This document shows positions 1 to 10,583 of a stretch of DNA of 64,000 nt, in pieces. Origin of the DNA: a virus; IMG/VR virus record IMGVR_UViG_3300034378_000186, positions 16,793 to 80,792 of that record; one strand, 5' to 3'. The notes below the pieces were generated by a model. It saw only the letters and a program-made list of their open reading frames with translations. It had not been told where the DNA came from and made no database searches. A program made the translations under genes and the position numbers. Numbering within the stretch: the stretch's first letter is position 1; each line of letters starts with the position of its first letter.

Positions 1-23
1 TAATTAATGGAATTTTTTCGCGA

Positions 24-521
24 ATGAATTTTCAGGATGAAATCAGACAAAAAAATCTTGAAAGGGTTAATAGTATTTATTATCAGTTTATAGAAGATGA
101 TCTGAAAAAATCCTTGTCTACTTCTACTACTTTTGGAGAATCAAAAGATATTTTAGGGAAGGATATAATCAAATCTTTAAATTCTGAATTGGAAAATAAA
201 GAAATTGATTTGAATGTGGAAAAAAATAAGATCCAGAAATCCATAAATGGAATTGGAATTCTCCCTAATTGTTACCCTGAAAATTATATATCTGAAAACT
301 GGAAGGGTCAAATTGATGTTCCCTTTAATATGTATTCATATAGTCAAATTTATTCAGAGGGGAATGATAAGGCCAATATGATGAAATCTTTTAATGATTC
401 TTTGAAGAGTTTTATATCTGATACTATTAACAATAAAAAATTGGAGATTGTAATTAGTCATATCCCGGAGGATAAGAATTATAATTTACCAATGGGATTA
501 GTTAAAAAATTAAATCTGTAA
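24..521 (+). CDS. Hypothetical phage protein, possibly head-associated
   Basis: 165-aa ORF co-oriented with head genes; contains LKKS, IIKS and IQKS, matching the putative protease cleavage motif. Confidence 0.5.
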   Translation: MNFQDEIRQKNLERVNSIYYQFIEDDLKKSLSTSTTFGESKDILGKDIIKSLNSELENKEIDLNVEKNKIQKSINGIGILPNCYPENYISENWKGQIDVPFNMYSYSQIYSEGNDKANMMKSFNDSLKSFISDTINNKKLEIVISHIPEDKNYNLPMGLVKKLNL

Positions 522-525
522 TACC

Positions 526-3399
526 ATGATAGAATTAATAAAAAAAGCTATAGGTCCAATTTCTAAACAAGATAAGATTGATGAATATCTTAAATTGGAA
601 AAGGAATTGGAATTAAATAAAGCTGAAATAGATCAATTGGCTGAAAGGTATAATAGATTTAATAAGGAATATCAGAATGGATTAGAACAAAATGGGGAAG
701 ATGAAATTATTAAAAGTAAACTTCAAAAAAGACATGATACTTTTCTTTCTGAATATTTAATAGATCTGGGAAAGGTTAAAAAGAAAAAGGAAAAAATTGA
801 TAAAATGATGGGACGCCTAATCAAAGGTGAATCTGATATTATTAGTGAAATTAAAGAAGAAAGAAGGGAACAGGCCTTTATGAATATTAAAGGAATGTAT
901 AAAGGCGGAAAAATCAGTGCAAGTAAATATAACCAAATATGTAAGGCAATGAATTCAGGGGTTACTATGTATAGTGATGTTCTGGTTTTTAATAATAAGG
1001 GTGAACTACTGCTACTAAAAAGAAATGAGAATGCTTCTTATGAACCTGGAGTTTATTGTTTGCCTGGTGGTCATGTTGATCCAGGGGAATCACATGAACA
1101 GGCTGGTTATAGAGAATTGATGGAAGAAACTTATTTAACTCCTGGAGATTTAGATCATATAGGGGAATTGAAAAATAAAGATGTTCATATTTGTTATTAC
1201 AGATGTGATTTATTTGATAATGTGTATGATGCTGGAGATCCAGTAATCACCCTACAACATGACGAACATACTGATTTTGAATGGGTGAATCCTTTTGAAT
1301 TAAGGGATTATAAAATGATCAAAGATTCTCAAAATGTTGTATTTGATATTTTATATCCTCATCATAAGGAGGTTGTTAAAATAACTAAATCTTTCCTTAC
1401 AGGGGAAGTTAATGAAGATATTTATTTAAGGACTTTAGAAAAGGCAGGATATAAGGATAAGATTGAGGCAATCAAAAAAATGAAAGATCCTGATAATATT
1501 TCAGGAGGGGTGGCAGATGGTAAAACTATAAAAGATGTAATGGATAAATATAATCTTTCAGAAGATGATGTAAAAAAGATTTGTGAGGAAGGCACCAAAC
1601 ATGAAATGGAACATACTGATGATGAGAATATAGCAAGGGAGATTGCCAGGGATCATATTTGGGAAGATAAGGACTATTATAAAAAACTAAAAAAAATTGA
1701 AAAATCTGACAATAATTCTAATCCAATAGAAAATACTGTAAAGGAAAGTTTAAAGGTTTTGGTTGTATGTCACAATCAAGGGGTGATACCTCAATCAGTT
1801 TTAGAAAAGGCAATTCAAAATGCTGATGAGATTTTAAAAAGTAATGATTGGACAATTGAAGAATTGGAAGATCAAATGGAAAAAGAGGGATTGTTTGAAA
1901 AAGCAATTACTATTCAGGAAGATGACATCATTGAACAGGATTCAGTATATGATGAATTTGATTTATATAAAGCCCTTGATACTACTAAACTTGTTTCAAA
2001 AAAGGTTAATATCCAAAGGAAAGATGGAACTTCCTATATGGCTATTCGTTGGGTGAATCCTGATACAGGGGAATCTTATAAATTTTATGGAACACCTCCA
2101 GATCAGGTAGAATCTGTGGAACAACTTCAACAATTGATAGATTCAGATATGCCTAATGTCAAGAAATATAAAATGATGATCGATGCAGGTATTTATAATA
2201 AACATATGCTGGCAAGGTTAATTAATACTACTCCTTCTAATGCATATCAATATCTCAAACAATCAGATTTTACAGGGGATCAAATTAAAAAATTTTCAGC
2301 AGAAAATATGGGAAGTGGTATTGTTCCCCCTGCAGAAATAAATGAAGAAACTGGAGAGATTGAAACAGATCCAGATCTTGCCAGTCAAATTGAACAGGAA
2401 ATCCAGGCTTTAATTGAGGCTGATGGTTTGAATTTTGATGATTCAGATCTACATAAAATAAATCCTCAAACAGGTAAAGATGTAGTTGATACTGTAATGG
2501 ATAAGTTTGTGGATATGGTTGCTAAAAAAGAAGCAAAACTTGCAATGTTTTATGGTACTGGTGGAGTTGGTAAAACTTATGGGGTGAAACAGGTTCTTAC
2601 TAATCCTGAAACAATCAATGGAGATACAGGTGAACCATTTGGTAACAAATTGGTAGAATATGAGGCAGAACTTCAACCAAATGAAGATCAATATGATTTC
2701 ATTAAAATTACCGGAAAAGTTTCTCCTTCTAAACTTTATAAAACATTATATGAACATAATGGGAAACTCCTTATGATTGATGATGCTGATGCAGTACTGG
2801 AGGATGGAACAGCAATTGATATGTTAAAGGGTGCCACTGATACTACTTTGGAAGAAATTTCATGGGATGGTCAACCTATTAAATTAACTGATGGATCTGG
2901 TAATGTTCCTATTAGGTTTAAATTTACAGGGGGTGTGGTAATCATATCAAATCTTTCAGAAAAGAAATTAAGGGAATATGCTCAACCACTTTTGGAATCT
3001 AGGGTACTTTCCTTGGATGTTTCCAGGACGATGGAAGAAACCATTGATAAACTGGATAGGATTAAAGATAAAATGCCATTTGAGGATCGTGATGGTAATC
3101 CAATTGAGGTATCTCAAAAACATAAAGATGTTGCAATTGAATTCATTAAAAAATATAAGAACCATATGCCTGTTGTTCAGGTAAATGGTAGGACATTAGG
3201 AAAACTTGCTCTGATTCATAAAAGAGAATCAAGGAATTATAAAACTGATGTAGATTTTTATAAATCTTATGCTGCCAGATCTTTAATGAATGTTAAAGAT
3301 CACCAAATTAAGGCATTCCATAAAAACAGATTATTGGATGAGGTTAAACAAAGAAAGCAACAAAAATTATTGGTTGATTCTATAAATAATAAAATGTAA
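526..3399 (+). CDS. Multidomain protein: Nudix hydrolase + DUF5661-like motif + C-terminal P-loop/AAA ATPase; putative capsid cargo polyprotein
   Basis: Nudix box GGHVDPGESHEQAGYRELMEET; EHTDDENIAREIARDHIWEDKDYYKKL motif; Walker A GTGGVGKT (2554-2577); Walker B LLMIDDAD. Confidence 0.75.
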   Translation: MIELIKKAIGPISKQDKIDEYLKLEKELELNKAEIDQLAERYNRFNKEYQNGLEQNGEDEIIKSKLQKRHDTFLSEYLIDLGKVKKKKEKIDKMMGRLIKGESDIISEIKEERREQAFMNIKGMYKGGKISASKYNQICKAMNSGVTMYSDVLVFNNKGELLLLKRNENASYEPGVYCLPGGHVDPGESHEQAGYRELMEETYLTPGDLDHIGELKNKDVHICYYRCDLFDNVYDAGDPVITLQHDEHTDFEWVNPFELRDYKMIKDSQNVVFDILYPHHKEVVKITKSFLTGEVNEDIYLRTLEKAGYKDKIEAIKKMKDPDNISGGVADGKTIKDVMDKYNLSEDDVKKICEEGTKHEMEHTDDENIAREIARDHIWEDKDYYKKLKKIEKSDNNSNPIENTVKESLKVLVVCHNQGVIPQSVLEKAIQNADEILKSNDWTIEELEDQMEKEGLFEKAITIQEDDIIEQDSVYDEFDLYKALDTTKLVSKKVNIQRKDGTSYMAIRWVNPDTGESYKFYGTPPDQVESVEQLQQLIDSDMPNVKKYKMMIDAGIYNKHMLARLINTTPSNAYQYLKQSDFTGDQIKKFSAENMGSGIVPPAEINEETGEIETDPDLASQIEQEIQALIEADGLNFDDSDLHKINPQTGKDVVDTVMDKFVDMVAKKEAKLAMFYGTGGVGKTYGVKQVLTNPETINGDTGEPFGNKLVEYEAELQPNEDQYDFIKITGKVSPSKLYKTLYEHNGKLLMIDDADAVLEDGTAIDMLKGATDTTLEEISWDGQPIKLTDGSGNVPIRFKFTGGVVIISNLSEKKLREYAQPLLESRVLSLDVSRTMEETIDKLDRIKDKMPFEDRDGNPIEVSQKHKDVAIEFIKKYKNHMPVVQVNGRTLGKLALIHKRESRNYKTDVDFYKSYAARSLMNVKDHQIKAFHKNRLLDEVKQRKQQKLLVDSINNKM

Positions 3400-3403
3400 A
3401 GTT

Positions 3404-3541
3404 ATGTACGAACATGCATTTCAACACATGACAGATCAGGAGCTTAGAAATATATATTTCACTATGCTCAAGACTAACTCTGTTCATTCCTGGTCATTTA
3501 AAGAAATAACCAAAGAGATGGAGAAAAGGGTACTTCAATAA
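3404..3541 (+). CDS. Small hypothetical protein (45 aa, not in ORF track)
   Basis: ATG...TAA frame MYEHAFQHMTDQELRN...KRVLQ fills the intergenic gap. Confidence 0.5.
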   Translation: MYEHAFQHMTDQELRNIYFTMLKTNSVHSWSFKEITKEMEKRVLQ

Positions 3542-3549
3542 TTAAATCA

Positions 3550-4632
3550 TTGGTGAATAAATTATTTAGAATAAGTAAATTTGATATGGAAAATACTAAA
3601 GATCAAGAATTTGGTTTACCAGATACAGCAGTTGATATTCTGAATAAAGGATTACAAGACGGGGTTTTAAAAGAGGATATTATATTTAAAGGTAGGGTAG
3701 AAATAGGAAAAGTTAGGAATTGGGGTGGAAGGGAAATGAAAAAAGTTGCTGAAGGAAAATGGGTACCTGTTAAAGAAGGGAAGAAAGGAAAGAAAGAGGA
3801 AGATTCAAAGAAAACAGATCAACCTAAAAAAGAACTTCATGAACATGCTCAATCTGCATCTGAGGGAGCTTTACAATCTGCAGCAAAAAATGCAAAGGAT
3901 TCTGAAGTGAGAACTGCTGCTAATACAGAACTGGATAGAAGGGATAAACAAGAAAAGGTTGAATTTGATGAATCTAAAAAAGATGAAGATTCTGTATTAT
4001 CTACTAAAGTAAAAGAATACAGGAACAAAATAAAAGGATGGTCTGATAAACAGAAAAGTTTTTTTAAAGAGGGTCATCATAAACCAGGATCTGAGACAAG
4101 AAGAGGGTTAGCTAAATTATTAAAAGATAAGGGAGCAGGTATTGTTAAAGCTGTAAAACATGAAATTGATGATTTCAAAATGGCAGGGATAGCAATTGGT
4201 AAAATGTTCAGTGGTAAAAAACCGGATAAGAAAGAAATGAAAGCTTTAAAAACTGCTGGAAAACATTTGGCTTTGACAGTGGGTACTATTGCTTTGACTG
4301 GTGGAACTGGTCATTTAATCCATAAAGGAGCTGCTGGAGCTTTAAAAGGATTATTCACTCATTATATGGAACATGTGGGGGCTACTACTTTAGGAAGGGC
4401 TTTAATATTTGCGAGTGATGATCAGGATTTTCCTGAAGAAGAATATAATGCTGAAGAAATGTTTACTCAATTATTAATGGGGTTTGCAGAATATTTAGAG
4501 AATTCAGATATACCAATTGATGAATGGGTTAATATAATTGGACAAAATGAAGAGAGTGAAGATGAAGCTGCATTAATGGAAGCTTTGGAAGGGGAAGAGG
4601 AAGATACTACATTAGAAAAAGAAAAATTATAA
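3550..4632 (+). CDS. Hypothetical protein, probable internal head/cargo protein (ATG start probably 3586)
   Basis: IFKGRVEIGKVRNWGGREMKKVAEGKWVPV segment, Gly/Ala-rich helices, acidic tail; directly upstream of the prohead protease. Confidence 0.5.
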   Translation: MVNKLFRISKFDMENTKDQEFGLPDTAVDILNKGLQDGVLKEDIIFKGRVEIGKVRNWGGREMKKVAEGKWVPVKEGKKGKKEEDSKKTDQPKKELHEHAQSASEGALQSAAKNAKDSEVRTAANTELDRRDKQEKVEFDESKKDEDSVLSTKVKEYRNKIKGWSDKQKSFFKEGHHKPGSETRRGLAKLLKDKGAGIVKAVKHEIDDFKMAGIAIGKMFSGKKPDKKEMKALKTAGKHLALTVGTIALTGGTGHLIHKGAAGALKGLFTHYMEHVGATTLGRALIFASDDQDFPEEEYNAEEMFTQLLMGFAEYLENSDIPIDEWVNIIGQNEESEDEAALMEALEGEEEDTTLEKEKL

Positions 4633-4634
4633 AT

Positions 4635-5492
4635 ATGAAAACAATAGGAAAAGACGATTTTAATTTCTTTATCCCTGTTGAATTTGAAAAAGCAGGTAAA
4701 ACTGATAAAGATGGATTACCTGAAAAATTATTTATCAAAGGTGTTGCAAGTACCAGTGATGAAGATTCAGATAGAGAAACCCTTGAACCAAGTGGATATG
4801 ATTTAAATAGGTTCCTTAGGTATGGATTTTTAAATCTGGAACATAAGGCAAAGCAAGATCATAGTTTTATTGTGGGTGAACCAGTTGATGCTAAAGTTGT
4901 AAATAATGAACTTGTTTTAAAGGGATTATTATATAAATCTAATCCAAAGGCTGTTTCGATATGGAAAACTGCTGAAATGTTAAAATCTGAAGGATCAAAA
5001 AGGAAATTAGGGTTTTCAATTGAGGGGAAAGCAATAGAAAGAGATCCTTCTAATCCAAGAAGAATAACTAAAGCTGAAATTACCCATTGTGCCATTACTG
5101 CTTCTCCTAAAAATGTAAATACATTTCTGGATATTATGAAGGGGGAATATGAAGAAGCATTCATAAATCAGGAGTTTGATGATTCAGCAGATGGAGGGGC
5201 TGTTTATTTATTAGATCTAACAAAACCTGATGGTACCAGGATTATAGTTGATAAAGAATTCAATATTACTGTAAATAAGGCCATGAATGCAGGTCATCAA
5301 ACTGGTAGAGAATTAACAGGTAAAAATACAAATGGGGCGGCTTTAAAGACTGAATCCCTGGATAAGAAGATGAGAAATCTTCAATATGAATTTAAAGAGG
5401 CAATTGTAAAAATTGCTGATCAACATAAGAAAAAACCATTTAATGATGAAATTTTGAAAAAAATTAAAAATAATATTAAAAAGTTTTTTTAA
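4635..5492 (+). CDS. Prohead (capsid maturation) protease
   Basis: IKGVAST-DEDSD-E, FLNLEH, LGFSIEG (catalytic Ser), CAITASPKN; upstream of scaffold and capsid genes. Confidence 0.88.
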   Translation: MKTIGKDDFNFFIPVEFEKAGKTDKDGLPEKLFIKGVASTSDEDSDRETLEPSGYDLNRFLRYGFLNLEHKAKQDHSFIVGEPVDAKVVNNELVLKGLLYKSNPKAVSIWKTAEMLKSEGSKRKLGFSIEGKAIERDPSNPRRITKAEITHCAITASPKNVNTFLDIMKGEYEEAFINQEFDDSADGGAVYLLDLTKPDGTRIIVDKEFNITVNKAMNAGHQTGRELTGKNTNGAALKTESLDKKMRNLQYEFKEAIVKIADQHKKKPFNDEILKKIKNNIKKFF

Positions 5493-5563
5493 TTAAGTAA
5501 AAAATGTTTATTTTTATGGTTAAAGATATTTTTTAAGAATATTTGTAACTAAAATTTTAGAAA

Positions 5564-6283
5564 ATGAAAAACGATAATAATAAAATCGAGAATCCGGAAC
5601 TCATAAAAGCTCTCCAAACTATATTTTCTGAAGATGAATTAAAAGAAATGGAAGCTGATCTTTCCAAGGCTGAAAAAGCTGAAGTAGAAGTAGAAATTAA
5701 TTCAGAAGAAGAGGAAGATGATGATATGGAGAAGGCTTATAAAAAAGCTGAGGCAGAAGCTGAAGAGCTTGAAAAAGCTTTGAAAGCTAAATCTGATGAA
5801 TTGGCTGGATTAAAGGAAAAAATGAAAAAGGGTTGTGATGCGAAAATTGAAAAAGCTGAAAAAGAAGATATTTCTTTTGAAGTAAATGATGACTTGAAAA
5901 AGGCATTAGAAGAATCAACTGCAAGGAATGCTGAAATTCTTAAATCTGTTCAGGACCTCCGTGAGGAAAATCAACAGATGAAAGAAGAACTTCAAAAAAT
6001 TGGTAATCAACCCCAGGGGAGAAAAGGTTATCAAAATTTGAATGTTATTGAAAAGGCTGATGGATCAATACAGGATGAAGATTCTGGTAAAACTATTCTT
6101 TCAGTTAAAAAGAACAAAGGTCAGGTTGAAAAACTAATGGACACTGTTATTAAAAAAGCTGAAGATCCTGAATTGAAAACAAAATGGGAAAATGAACTTA
6201 TCGGTTTTAATGCCGGTTCAGCTCCTTTCTCAAAATCTCTGCAAAATGAGATTGAAAAAGAGGGTGTTATTTTAACTGCTTAA
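5564..6283 (+). CDS. Scaffold-like acidic coiled-coil protein
   Basis: Lies between protease and capsid; E/K-rich with many hydrophobic-x-K-A/S motifs. Confidence 0.7.
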   Translation: MKNDNNKIENPELIKALQTIFSEDELKEMEADLSKAEKAEVEVEINSEEEEDDDMEKAYKKAEAEAEELEKALKAKSDELAGLKEKMKKGCDAKIEKAEKEDISFEVNDDLKKALEESTARNAEILKSVQDLREENQQMKEELQKIGNQPQGRKGYQNLNVIEKADGSIQDEDSGKTILSVKKNKGQVEKLMDTVIKKAEDPELKTKWENELIGFNAGSAPFSKSLQNEIEKEGVILTA

Positions 6284-6355
6284 TATATAAATATATATAA
6301 GTAGGAACGATATACTAATTTTTATAAAATATTCGTAATTAAAATTTTTAACAAA

Positions 6356-7864
6356 ATGGAACCAAATTTAGATATTTATAATTTCAACAATGTTGAAACC
6401 GGTGCTTTCCAACAGGATAAAGTATTTGATCTCATGAAGGCTATGAATGCAGGAGATCAAACCGGTCGTGATCTTGATGGTGTTGACACTGCTGGTGCAG
6501 CACTGAAAACTGAATCCCTTGATCCAACACTGAGGGTATTAACTAACCGTGATAAGCATATCGTTTTCTGGAAGTCAATTCCGAAACAAAAGGCTTACAA
6601 TACCGTTGAAGAATACAACCAATTGGTTGATTATGGCCTGGAGACAGGAATCTTCAATGGTGAAGGTGAAACTCCTCAGTTTACAGATTCTATCTACCGT
6701 AGGGAATCTGTACTGATTAAGTATATGGGAATCTCTGGTGAGGTTACTCATCCATATACATTGGTCAACCTTGGTTCAGGTGTTGGGAATGCCCTAGCAA
6801 AAGAGGTTCAGAATAAGACACAATTCCTGCTTCGTGCCATAAATCAGTCACTTCCTACTGGAGACAGTGAAATGGTTGATAATGAATTTGACGGAGTTTT
6901 CAAACAACATTACGTTGGTGTAACCGGTGGTCTGGCTGTAAACTGGGATGGTTATTTTAATGACAGTACTGTAATCGATAACAGGGGTGAAGCTCTGAAC
7001 GATGATCAGGTTGAGGATGGTACTCAGGCTGTTGTTAATGACAACTTTGGTATGGTCAGTAAAATTCTTGCGAATCCTATTGTTTTCAATGACTATGTGA
7101 AGAGATTCCACGAAAGCAAGCGTGTGAATGTTGGTCAGCCTGGAGCAGTTCAGGGAGCAACAATGGGTCAATCAGTCAACAAAATTACCACTCAGTTTGG
7201 TGATGTTGATATTATGAATGACATTTTCTTTGATCGTGCAAGATTGATCGGTAAAGTATATAATGCCGGTGCAACTGGCGGAGGAAAAGCTCCTGCAGCT
7301 ATTACTCCAGATGGATCTACTCCTGTAGCTGTTGTCACTGACGCTGCCACTAAATTTACTGATGGTGCAGGTGATTACTTCTATGCTGTTACATCCAAAA
7401 ACAGATATGGAGAATCTGCAATGACTATCCTGGACACTACAGCAATTTCTGTATCGGCTACTCAGTCTGTAAATTTGAAATTCACAATTACAAACAATTC
7501 TTTCCCTGCAGAAAGTTTTGTTATCTACAGAACTCAGAAAGATGCTGCTGATTATACAACTGCCCTATTCTATCCAATTCTCACAGTAAGTATTGCCCAA
7601 CATACTTCAGGTTATGATGGTGGTGCTGCTGGACTGGTAAGGGACAGAAACAGATTTTTACCAAATACAACCAGTGCTTTGATCTTTGATCCAACTGAGG
7701 AAATCCTTTGTTTCAAGCAATTGGCCCCAATGATGAGAATGGATCTGGCTCGTACCAGTCCTTCCTTCAGGTTTATGGTCCTTTGCTATGGTACTCCATT
7801 ACTTGGAATACCTAAACGGGTTTCAAGGATCGTCAACATTGGTAGAACGATAACTACTTCTTAA
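6356..7864 (+). CDS. Major capsid protein (SPO1/Twort-like)
   Basis: 502 aa; AALKTESLD, AYNTVEEYNQ, EFDG, KQLAPMMRMDLA...FMVLCYGTP motifs; distinct C-ending codon bias; followed by a terminator. Confidence 0.92.
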   Translation: MEPNLDIYNFNNVETGAFQQDKVFDLMKAMNAGDQTGRDLDGVDTAGAALKTESLDPTLRVLTNRDKHIVFWKSIPKQKAYNTVEEYNQLVDYGLETGIFNGEGETPQFTDSIYRRESVLIKYMGISGEVTHPYTLVNLGSGVGNALAKEVQNKTQFLLRAINQSLPTGDSEMVDNEFDGVFKQHYVGVTGGLAVNWDGYFNDSTVIDNRGEALNDDQVEDGTQAVVNDNFGMVSKILANPIVFNDYVKRFHESKRVNVGQPGAVQGATMGQSVNKITTQFGDVDIMNDIFFDRARLIGKVYNAGATGGGKAPAAITPDGSTPVAVVTDAATKFTDGAGDYFYAVTSKNRYGESAMTILDTTAISVSATQSVNLKFTITNNSFPAESFVIYRTQKDAADYTTALFYPILTVSIAQHTSGYDGGAAGLVRDRNRFLPNTTSALIFDPTEEILCFKQLAPMMRMDLARTSPSFRFMVLCYGTPLLGIPKRVSRIVNIGRTITTS

Positions 7865-7888
7865 TCTACTGAATTCTCCTGTAATCCC

Positions 7889-7919
7889 AAGGGCGGGCAA
7901 TAACTGCTCGCCCTTTTTT
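7889..7919 (+). terminator. Rho-independent terminator after the capsid gene
   Basis: AAGGGCGGGCA-ataac-TGCTCGCCCTT hairpin followed by a T run. Confidence 0.85.
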
Positions 7920-7966
7920 ATGAATTGAAACATTTAAAATTAAATATTAATTAAAATTCGATAATT

Positions 7967-8482
7967 ATGAAAATTATCTCAACAAAAGAAAACCATAGGG
8001 GAAAAGATATTAGAATCCTCAATGAAAAGGTTAAATTTGATACTAAGTTAGAGGCTGATGTTAGTGATAAACTTGGTAAACAAATAATTAAAGAATTACC
8101 TGAAGTTTTCTACGAAAAGGGTAAAGCCCCTTCAAAAGTAGAAGCTAAAAATTCTGAAGAATTGGATAAGGCAAATAAAGAATTGGAAGTGGAAATGAAG
8201 AAAAAAGATGAAAAGATTGCCGACCTGGAAGCTCAATTGGAAGAAAAAGAAAAAGGGAATGCCAATACAGAAATTGCTCCTGAAGATATGAATATCATTT
8301 ATGATGTTTGTATGACAGAAGAGCAAAAACTGAAGGAAACCTGTGAAAGTTTAAAATTCCCTAATAAAGAATGGAAAAAACTTGACCACAAAAGATTAGC
8401 TTTCTATGTGATCAATAAAACCATGAATAAAGAAGAAAATCCAGGGGAAGAAGAAACAACAGAAGAACAACCTAAAGAATAA
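7967..8482 (+). CDS. Hypothetical protein downstream of capsid
   Basis: 171-aa K/E-rich ORF in head operon. Confidence 0.55.
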   Translation: MKIISTKENHRGKDIRILNEKVKFDTKLEADVSDKLGKQIIKELPEVFYEKGKAPSKVEAKNSEELDKANKELEVEMKKKDEKIADLEAQLEEKEKGNANTEIAPEDMNIIYDVCMTEEQKLKETCESLKFPNKEWKKLDHKRLAFYVINKTMNKEENPGEEETTEEQPKE

Positions 8483-8486
8483 GTGA

Positions 8487-9281
8487 ATGCCTTCGTTAAC
8501 TCTGACAGCAGTATATGAGAAAAATAAGGGACTTATTTTCTCTCCTGAAGAATTGTTTAATATCTATTTTTATGGTATAAACATTCAAAGTAAAGATTGT
8601 ACTGAATTGTCAGATGAAACGATTAAGTTTTACTTAAGGACTGCTCAAGGGGAAATTGAAAAATCTCTTGGAATAAGGCTGTTTACAGAACTGATTTCAG
8701 AAAATTATGATTATTTTCGTGATGATTACGAAAACAATTTCCCTTTTATAAGAACCTCCCTTCCTGTTAGAGATACAAAAACTCTAATAGGAAGGTTAAA
8801 TGGGGTTGAACAGATCAGGTACCCAGAACAATGGTTAGCTGAGAAATTTTATAGATCAGGATTACCCTATAGACAATTTGGGGTAGTTCCAAATGGATCT
8901 GTTATTAATGCAGATGCAGATGTTATTTTAACAGGAGTCAGTAGTTATTATGGATTAAGATCTTATCCTCAGATACCTAATTATTGGTTTGTTCAGTTTA
9001 TTACTGGATTTGAACCAGGAAAAGTACCTGAGGAGTTAATGAATATTATAGGAATGTGGGCAGCAATACCAATACTTGCAATTGCAGGTGATTTAATATT
9101 AGGAGCTGGTATTGCAAGTCAAAGTTTAAGTATAGATGGGTTGAGTCAATCAATTAGTTCAACTTCATCTGCTACTAATGCTGGATATGGGGCAAGAATA
9201 GTGGAATATAGGAAAACCGTAAAAGAATCCCTTTCCAGATGGAAAAGGGCCTACTCAGGAGTTAGATTTGCGTCACTTTAA
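8487..9281 (+). CDS. Head completion / neck (adaptor) protein
   Basis: GAGIASQSLSIDGLSQSISSTSSATNAGYGARI motif typical of SPO1/Twort-like neck proteins; synteny. Confidence 0.75.
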   Translation: MPSLTLTAVYEKNKGLIFSPEELFNIYFYGINIQSKDCTELSDETIKFYLRTAQGEIEKSLGIRLFTELISENYDYFRDDYENNFPFIRTSLPVRDTKTLIGRLNGVEQIRYPEQWLAEKFYRSGLPYRQFGVVPNGSVINADADVILTGVSSYYGLRSYPQIPNYWFVQFITGFEPGKVPEELMNIIGMWAAIPILAIAGDLILGAGIASQSLSIDGLSQSISSTSSATNAGYGARIVEYRKTVKESLSRWKRAYSGVRFASL

Positions 9282-9292
9282 AATTATATATT

Positions 9293-9739
9293 ATGAAAAC
9301 TTTAGAAATTTTTTTATTTAGTATCTTACAGGTAGATACTACAACTGCTTTGAAAGATATGTCTTTCAAAGAATTGTTTTTTGGAGATCAATTAAGTGGA
9401 ACACTTATTCTTTTTTCATATTTCTTGTTTTTCCTTGGGATTGTGTTAACAATGTTTTTGGATGTTAGATTGGCAGCAATCAATACTAAAAGGAAAAAGG
9501 GGGTTTGGAAATTTACCTGGAAATATTGGTGGAAGGATAATAGCACCCGGTTTATTTTTAATATATTGGTAGGGGTGATTGGTTTATATGTTCTTCTTAG
9601 ATTTCCAAATCAGTTTATGGAAAAGAGTTTTGAAATTTGGATGCCTTTAGTAGCAGGAGCAGGTTTAGATCTATTTATTATAGTTCTAAGAAGGTTCACC
9701 AATATAAATATTTTCAATAATAAGCAAGTTTCAAAATAA
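9293..9739 (+). CDS. Membrane protein with about 3 TM helices (holin-like candidate)
   Basis: Three hydrophobic stretches with basic loops. Confidence 0.5.
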   Translation: MKTLEIFLFSILQVDTTTALKDMSFKELFFGDQLSGTLILFSYFLFFLGIVLTMFLDVRLAAINTKRKKGVWKFTWKYWWKDNSTRFIFNILVGVIGLYVLLRFPNQFMEKSFEIWMPLVAGAGLDLFIIVLRRFTNINIFNNKQVSK

Positions 9740-10578
9740 TGTCAAAGGCTATTACAAAATCAGCTCCACCCAACTTAGTTGGGCAACCAAGTGTTAAGTT
9801 TGATCTTGATACTTTTGAAGCTGCTTTGTGGAATAAAGGATATGATATTATTCTTGAAAAGGCTGTTAGATGTCCTTGTCAGGATAGGGATGCTGCGGCT
9901 AAATTAACTTGTCATAATTGCCTGGGAACTGGATGGGTGTTTTTAAATGCTCTTCAAACTAAGGCAATTATAACAGGTATAAATAAAACAACTGCTTATA
10001 AAAATTGGTCACAGGAACTTTTAGGAACTGTTGCTGTTACAACAAGGGCTGTTGAAAAATTGGGTTTTATGGATAGGATCACTTTAATTAATGATACTAA
10101 TACCTATAATACTTCTATTTATTCTGAAATATTAAGGGTGAGAGATGTTGCAGGAACTCCTTTTGTATTTCTGAGTTATAAACCTTATGAACTGGAAAAA
10201 ATGAAGGTTTATGCTTTCCAAGGGGATGAATTACCTCTTATAAAACTTCCTGTTTCAGGATATTCGATAAGTTCAAATAATCCTTATGTATTGGAATTTT
10301 CTTATGATTTTTCAACTATAGGATCTTTTAATGGGATAATTAGTGTTACTTATGAGCATGAAATTCAATATCATATTTTGGATTTGCCTCATGATGTTAG
10401 AAATTCAACAACAGTTAATGCTTGTGGGCAGGAAAGGCAAATTGAATACCCTATTAATGCGATAGCCAGGAAAGCCCATAATGTATTTGAAAAAGCTGAT
10501 AGGGATGGAACAGGATTAATTAATAATTCAGATCCAAACTTTGAAGGACCTGAAATTGATGATAATTGTAAAACATAA
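9739..10578 (+). CDS. Neck / head-closure protein
   Basis: EKAVRCPC...CHNCLGTGW motif, LGFMDRITL; synteny with Twort-like neck genes. Confidence 0.7.
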   Translation: MSKAITKSAPPNLVGQPSVKFDLDTFEAALWNKGYDIILEKAVRCPCQDRDAAAKLTCHNCLGTGWVFLNALQTKAIITGINKTTAYKNWSQELLGTVAVTTRAVEKLGFMDRITLINDTNTYNTSIYSEILRVRDVAGTPFVFLSYKPYELEKMKVYAFQGDELPLIKLPVSGYSISSNNPYVLEFSYDFSTIGSFNGIISVTYEHEIQYHILDLPHDVRNSTTVNACGQERQIEYPINAIARKAHNVFEKADRDGTGLINNSDPNFEGPEIDDNCKT

Positions 10579-10583
10579 AAAAA

